Shown: in pieces, positions 59,829 through 64,000 of the stretch | Position numbering within the stretch: the first letter of the stretch is position 1 | Layout of the letters: each line of letters begins with the position of its first letter | Origin: Candidatus Marinacidobacterales bacterium | GTDB taxonomy: Bacteria > Acidobacteriota > Vicinamibacteria > Marinacidobacterales > SMYC01 | Reading direction: 5' to 3' | Length of the DNA stretch: 64,000 nucleotides | NCBI GenBank assembly: GCA_965224085.1 | Contig: CBDCYI010000004.1 | Coordinates: forward strand, 224,001-288,000 | Program-made: the position numbers and the translations under genes | The notes under the pieces: generated by a model | Told to the model about the DNA's origin: nothing | What the model saw: only the letters and a program-made list of their open reading frames with translations | The model's database searches: none

Positions 59829-61518
59829 CTAGTTCCTGTCCAGAAACACCATAACTTGTGGTGTACGAGAGGCCTATCGAAGGTGTGGGTATTATACGTT
59901 TTCAGTCGGCACCTCGTAGGCTCGGAAGCGAATGAAAATCTTGGACGAAACGAGAGGCGAATCGTCAGCAATCCATGGCTATAAACGCAGTAAGAGTAAT
60001 CATTATTATCGTAATAGGTGCCTTGCCATTACCAACAGGTTGCAGGTGATGATGGAACTCCATACGTAGGATTTGAAAGAAGGCAATGAGCGCCATGTGC
60101 ATCGGTCGAGACCAAAGACTCGTTTCAAGAACGAAATGACGCCTTCGATTCCGCAGCGAAATCGCCGTAGGCGTTGATAGACCCAGGAACTCTTGACCAT
60201 ATCGGTCACCGCGAAGTGAGCCTTGGTAAAGGCAACATCTTCAACTCCCTTGCCTTTGATGGCTTCCAAGTTTGCCTTTGAAGAAAACGCGCCATCGTAG
60301 GCAACCTGGCGCGGGGCCCGTTCGTAGAGTTCGACTTGACGGTCGATCATGGTTTCCGCGAGAGTTGAATCGGACGGATTCCCATCCAAGATCACGCAAT
60401 CCAAAATCATCGAGGACGAGCCACCAGTCAAACACACCTTGTGACCGTAGAGAGTCTCGCGCCGGTCTTTGCGAATAATGTCGGTGTGTTCTTCGAAGAT
60501 CGAAACGACCTTTTCCTCCGCAGGCACACGCTCTTCATCAATCACTCTACGCCGAGTTTGGTTGATGACTTTTTCGGTGAGGACGAGAAAGTGCTTAAAA
60601 TCCGCGGCGATCTTCTCCGCACTCGCTCGCTTCACCGGCTCGGTCAAGCCGGACTCGTCCAACTGGTCTGCAACGCGTTGAGCGGAGCGATAGGTTTCTT
60701 CCGACACCTTCAGTAGATCTCGATAGACGCGACGCCTTTGTTCCTTATCCTTCGCGTTTAGAACTCCCAGTCGACGTCTCTTCGCTCGACGCGTTCGATT
60801 GCCGAAGACCACTACTGTACCCAGCAGTTCGCGAGTTCGGCACATGAGGCGAGTGAGAACTCGGACGCAGTCATAAAGAAGCTCGGAGTCCGTAGGAGAA
60901 TGAATATTCGACTCCACTACCGTGCAGTCCACTCGTACTTTTCTTCCTTTTTCGATCGCGGTCTTCTCGGCAACACTCACCAACTCTCGGTTGATTTTCT
61001 CCAGCGTTTCGAACTTCACGGCTTTGATGTTTGCTGCTAGGGTCGACTTCGACGGGCTCGGCTCTATGATGCCGAGCTGGCAAAACGTCCGATAGCTTCG
61101 AGAGTCTGCCAAGTGAAACGCCAGCTCCCGATAGGTGAACTGATTCAGCTGCTTGACCAACAACGCCCGGAGAACCTGCTCCGCGCTCATTCCCCCACGA
61201 CCAACATCGCTCCCTGCCGATGGGGTGACCGACCTCAGGTCTTGCAGTACCAGCTCATTGAGCTTAGGATGGGCATCGAGCACCGACGAGATCGCTTCGA
61301 GTTCGCGTGCGTGCTCCAGCTCCAGCCAGGGCTCGCATAGGCTTGGTTGTGGAATGATTGTTTTTCGCATTTAGGGCTGGTCTCCTTTGGAGTTAAGTCG
61401 TTTAGACTCTTGTTTTTGACGACTTCGATTCTAAGCGACAACCCCTCAGAAGACTAGCCCTAAATTTGCGATTACTCCCTTTTTCTCAACCTCTTACGTC
61501 CGCCAGGACGGGTACTAG
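59829..61518 (-). mobile_element. Insertion sequence copy 1 (ISNCY/IS5-like DDE, 1690 bp)
   Basis: Ends CTAGTTCCTGTCCAG and CAGGACGGGTACTAG form an imperfect inverted repeat; preceded by TTAG. Confidence 0.85.
60006..61370 (-). CDS. DDE transposase (ISNCY/IS5-like)
   Basis: RVDCTVVESNIHSPTD, YGHKV, AYDGAF, RCGIEGVISFLKR. Confidence 0.9.
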   Translation of the reverse strand: MRKTIIPQPSLCEPWLELEHARELEAISSVLDAHPKLNELVLQDLRSVTPSAGSDVGRGGMSAEQVLRALLVKQLNQFTYRELAFHLADSRSYRTFCQLGIIEPSPSKSTLAANIKAVKFETLEKINRELVSVAEKTAIEKGRKVRVDCTVVESNIHSPTDSELLYDCVRVLTRLMCRTRELLGTVVVFGNRTRRAKRRRLGVLNAKDKEQRRRVYRDLLKVSEETYRSAQRVADQLDESGLTEPVKRASAEKIAADFKHFLVLTEKVINQTRRRVIDEERVPAEEKVVSIFEEHTDIIRKDRRETLYGHKVCLTGGSSSMILDCVILDGNPSDSTLAETMIDRQVELYERAPRQVAYDGAFSSKANLEAIKGKGVEDVAFTKAHFAVTDMVKSSWVYQRLRRFRCGIEGVISFLKRVFGLDRCTWRSLPSFKSYVWSSIITCNLLVMARHLLR

Positions 61519-63208
61519 TTAGTTCCTGTCCAGAAACACCATAACTTGTGGTGTACGAGAGGCCTATCGAAGATGTGGGTATTATACGTTTTCAGTCGGC
61601 ACCTCGTAGGCTCGGAAGCGAATGAAAATCTTGGACGAAACGAGAGGCGAATCGTCAGCAATCCATGGCTATAAACGCAGTAAGAGTAATCATTATTATC
61701 GTAATAGGTGCCTTGCCATTACCAACAGGTTGCAGGTGATGATGGAACTCCATACGTAGGATTTGAAAGAAGGCAATGAGCGCCATGTGCATCGGTCGAG
61801 ACCAAAGACTCGTTTCAAGAACGAAATGACGCCTTCGATTCCGCAGCGAAATCGCCGTAGGCGTTGATAGACCCAGGAACTCTTGACCATATCGGTCACC
61901 GCGAAGTGAGCCTTGGTAAAGGCAACATCTTCAACTCCCTTGCCTTTGATGGCTTCCAAGTTTGCCTTTGAAGAAAACGCGCCATCGTAGGCAACCTGGC
62001 GCGGGGCCCGTTCGTAGAGTTCGACTTGACGGTCGATCATGGTTTCCGCGAGAGTTGAATCGGACGAATTCCCATCCAAGATCACGCAATCCAAAATCAT
62101 CGAGGACGAGCCACCAGTCAAACACACCTTGTGACCGTAGAGAGTCTCGCGCCGGTCTTTGCGAATAATGTCGGTGTGTTCTTCGAAGATCGAAACGACC
62201 TTTTCCTCCGCAGGCACACGCTCTTCATCAATCACTCTACGCCGAGTTTGGTTGATGACTTTTTCGGTGAGGACGAGAAAGTGCTTAAAATCCGCGGCGA
62301 TCTTCTCCGCACTCGCTCGCTTCACCGGCTCGGTCAAGCCGGACTCGTCCAACTGGTCTGCAACGCGTTGAGCGGAGCGATAGGTTTCTTCCGACACCTT
62401 CAGTAGATCTCGATAGACGCGACGCCTTTGTTCCTTATCCTTCGCGTTTAGAACTCCCAGTCGACGTCTCTTCGCTCGACGCGTTCGATTGCCGAAGACC
62501 ACTACTGTACCCAGCAGTTCGCGAGTTCGGCACATGAGGCGAGTGAGAACTCGGACGCAGTCATAAAGAAGCTCGGAGTCCGTAGGAGAATGAATATTCG
62601 ACTCCACTACCGTGCAGTCCACTCGTACTTTTCTTCCTTTTTCGATCGCGGTCTTCTCGGCAACACTCACCAACTCTCGGTTGATTTTCTCCAGCGTTTC
62701 GAACTTCACGGCTTTGATGTTTGCTGCTAGGGTCGACTTCGACGGGCTCGGCTCTATGATGCCGAGCTGGCAAAACGTCCGATAGCTTCGAGAGTCTGCC
62801 AAGTGAAACGCCAACTCCCGATAGGTGAACTGATTCAGCTGCTTGACCAACAACGCCCGGAGAACCTGCTCCGCGCTCATTCCCCCACGACCAACATCGC
62901 TCCCTGCCGATGGGGTGACCGACCTCAGGTCTTGCAGTACCAGCTCATTGAGCTTAGGATGGGCATCGAGCAGCGATGATATCGTTTCGAGTTCGCGTGC
63001 GTGCTCCAGCTCCAGCCAGGGCTCGCGAAGGCTTGGTTGTGGGTTGATCGTTTTTCGCATTTAGGGCTGGTCTCCTTTGGAGTTAAGTCGTTTAGAATCT
63101 GCGTTTTTGTCGACTCGATACTAAACGACACTCCCTCAGAAGGCTAGCCCTAAATTTGCGATTAACCCTTTTTTCTCAACCTCTTACACCTGTCAGGACG
63201 GGTACTAG
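61519..63208 (-). mobile_element. Insertion sequence copy 2 (1690 bp), head-to-tail with copy 1
   Basis: Same ends (starts TTAG rather than CTAG), 1690-bp periodicity, followed by TTAG. Confidence 0.85.
61696..63060 (-). CDS. DDE transposase (ISNCY/IS5-like), near-identical to 60006-61370
   Basis: 454 aa; differs at four N-terminal residues and GNPSD/GNSSD. Confidence 0.9.
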   Translation of the reverse strand: MRKTINPQPSLREPWLELEHARELETISSLLDAHPKLNELVLQDLRSVTPSAGSDVGRGGMSAEQVLRALLVKQLNQFTYRELAFHLADSRSYRTFCQLGIIEPSPSKSTLAANIKAVKFETLEKINRELVSVAEKTAIEKGRKVRVDCTVVESNIHSPTDSELLYDCVRVLTRLMCRTRELLGTVVVFGNRTRRAKRRRLGVLNAKDKEQRRRVYRDLLKVSEETYRSAQRVADQLDESGLTEPVKRASAEKIAADFKHFLVLTEKVINQTRRRVIDEERVPAEEKVVSIFEEHTDIIRKDRRETLYGHKVCLTGGSSSMILDCVILDGNSSDSTLAETMIDRQVELYERAPRQVAYDGAFSSKANLEAIKGKGVEDVAFTKAHFAVTDMVKSSWVYQRLRRFRCGIEGVISFLKRVFGLDRCTWRSLPSFKSYVWSSIITCNLLVMARHLLR

Positions 63209-63267
63209 TTAGCGAGCTCAAAAGCCCAGCCGGATTGCTGCACGCGAAAGTTGGTTGAGAACGTGCC

Positions 63268-64000
63268 ATGGTGCACAACTCGCGATCTCGGTCCACAATT
63301 GTAAGGAGGAGGAAACCGGGCCGTCAACGCAAGTACTCGAACCACGCCATCGAGACGGCTGTCACCCTGGGCATGGTGTTTCATCTGTCGTCTAGGCAGA
63401 GCGAGGGATTGCTGCGATCGTTGTTCGCTCTGATGAAGCTAGACAATGATGTGCCCGATCACACCACGATCTCGAGGCGCAAGGCGAAGCTGGGTAAGGT
63501 CCCCTTCTACCAAGACAAGCAGAAGACGCCGTTGCACATCTTGATCGACAGCAGCGGTCTCGCTGTCCACGCCGGCCAGCTGCGCAGAGCACCAAATAGC
63601 AGGGACTATCGCAAGCTCCATCTGTGTGTCGACGAGCAGACTGGCGAAGTCGTCGCCTGCGAGCTGACGAGCAAAAGAGCCCGCGATTCATCGCGGGTTG
63701 CATCGCTTGTCGGACAGAGCGACAGTCCCATCTCATCGGCCAGAGCTGACACCGCATACGACGCCAGCGGCGTCTATGAGGCAATCGAGAATCACAGCGC
63801 TCATCGCTCGCCGAGGGTGCTGATACCGCCGCGCAAGGGCGCCCTGCTCGCATCGGGGCCGGCGAGCAGCCGACAGCGCAATCGCAACATTGCAGCACAA
63901 GCTCGGCTCGGCAAACGAAAGTGGCACACAGAATCGGGCTACAGCAAACGGAGCAAAGTCGAGACAACGTTCCATCGCTACAAGGCTATCGTGGGCTCAG
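63268..64000 (+). CDS. IS5-family (IS903-group-like) transposase, runs off window end, N-terminal region apparently deleted
   Basis: Manual translation: PGRQRKYSNHAIET...RQSEGLLRSLF...PDHTTISRR...IDSSGL...RKLHL...ADTAYD...IPPRKGA...GYSKRSKVETTFHRYK; absent from ORF track because no stop in window. Confidence 0.85.
   Translation, partial: MVHNSRSRSTIVRRRKPGRQRKYSNHAIETAVTLGMVFHLSSRQSEGLLRSLFALMKLDNDVPDHTTISRRKAKLGKVPFYQDKQKTPLHILIDSSGLAVHAGQLRRAPNSRDYRKLHLCVDEQTGEVVACELTSKRARDSSRVASLVGQSDSPISSARADTAYDASGVYEAIENHSAHRSPRVLIPPRKGALLASGPASSRQRNRNIAAQARLGKRKWHTESGYSKRSKVETTFHRYKAIVGS

Noticed and set aside
63392-63967. Cys-rich 191-aa minus-strand ORF
   Set aside because: Antisense shadow of the plus-strand IS5-family transposase.

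Overview
GC-rich bacterial window. Gene content (GWxTD protein, Oar-type TonB-dependent receptor, kinase-TolB proteins, many TPR proteins) suggests Acidobacteriota, which is an inference. Most of the window is ordinary housekeeping, envelope and accessory genes: a SorA/SorB-like sulfite oxidase pair, glycosyltransferases, rlpA, nth, tldD/tldE, a VapBC-like pair, an octaheme cytochrome c, bfd-bfr, ggt, a dynamin-like GTPase, amidase, trmL, an acyl-CoA mutase subunit, rnhB and others. Several broken genes and gene-tail remnants are scattered through it. The standout is a 7.3-kb nested mobile element at 28501-35779. It is a ~1460-bp IS256-family element with an 8-bp target duplication (CCCGGCAG). 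Each of its two terminal inverted repeats is interrupted, 7 bp from the tip, by a copy of the same 1893-nt group II intron (intron A), both pointing outward. The left copy is itself interrupted by a different 2033-nt group II intron (intron B). Both introns carry hairpin loops (candidate EBS1) complementary to their insertion sites, so the targeting appears RNA-encoded. The window ends with a head-to-tail dimer of a 1690-bp IS and a partial IS5/IS903-group transposase.
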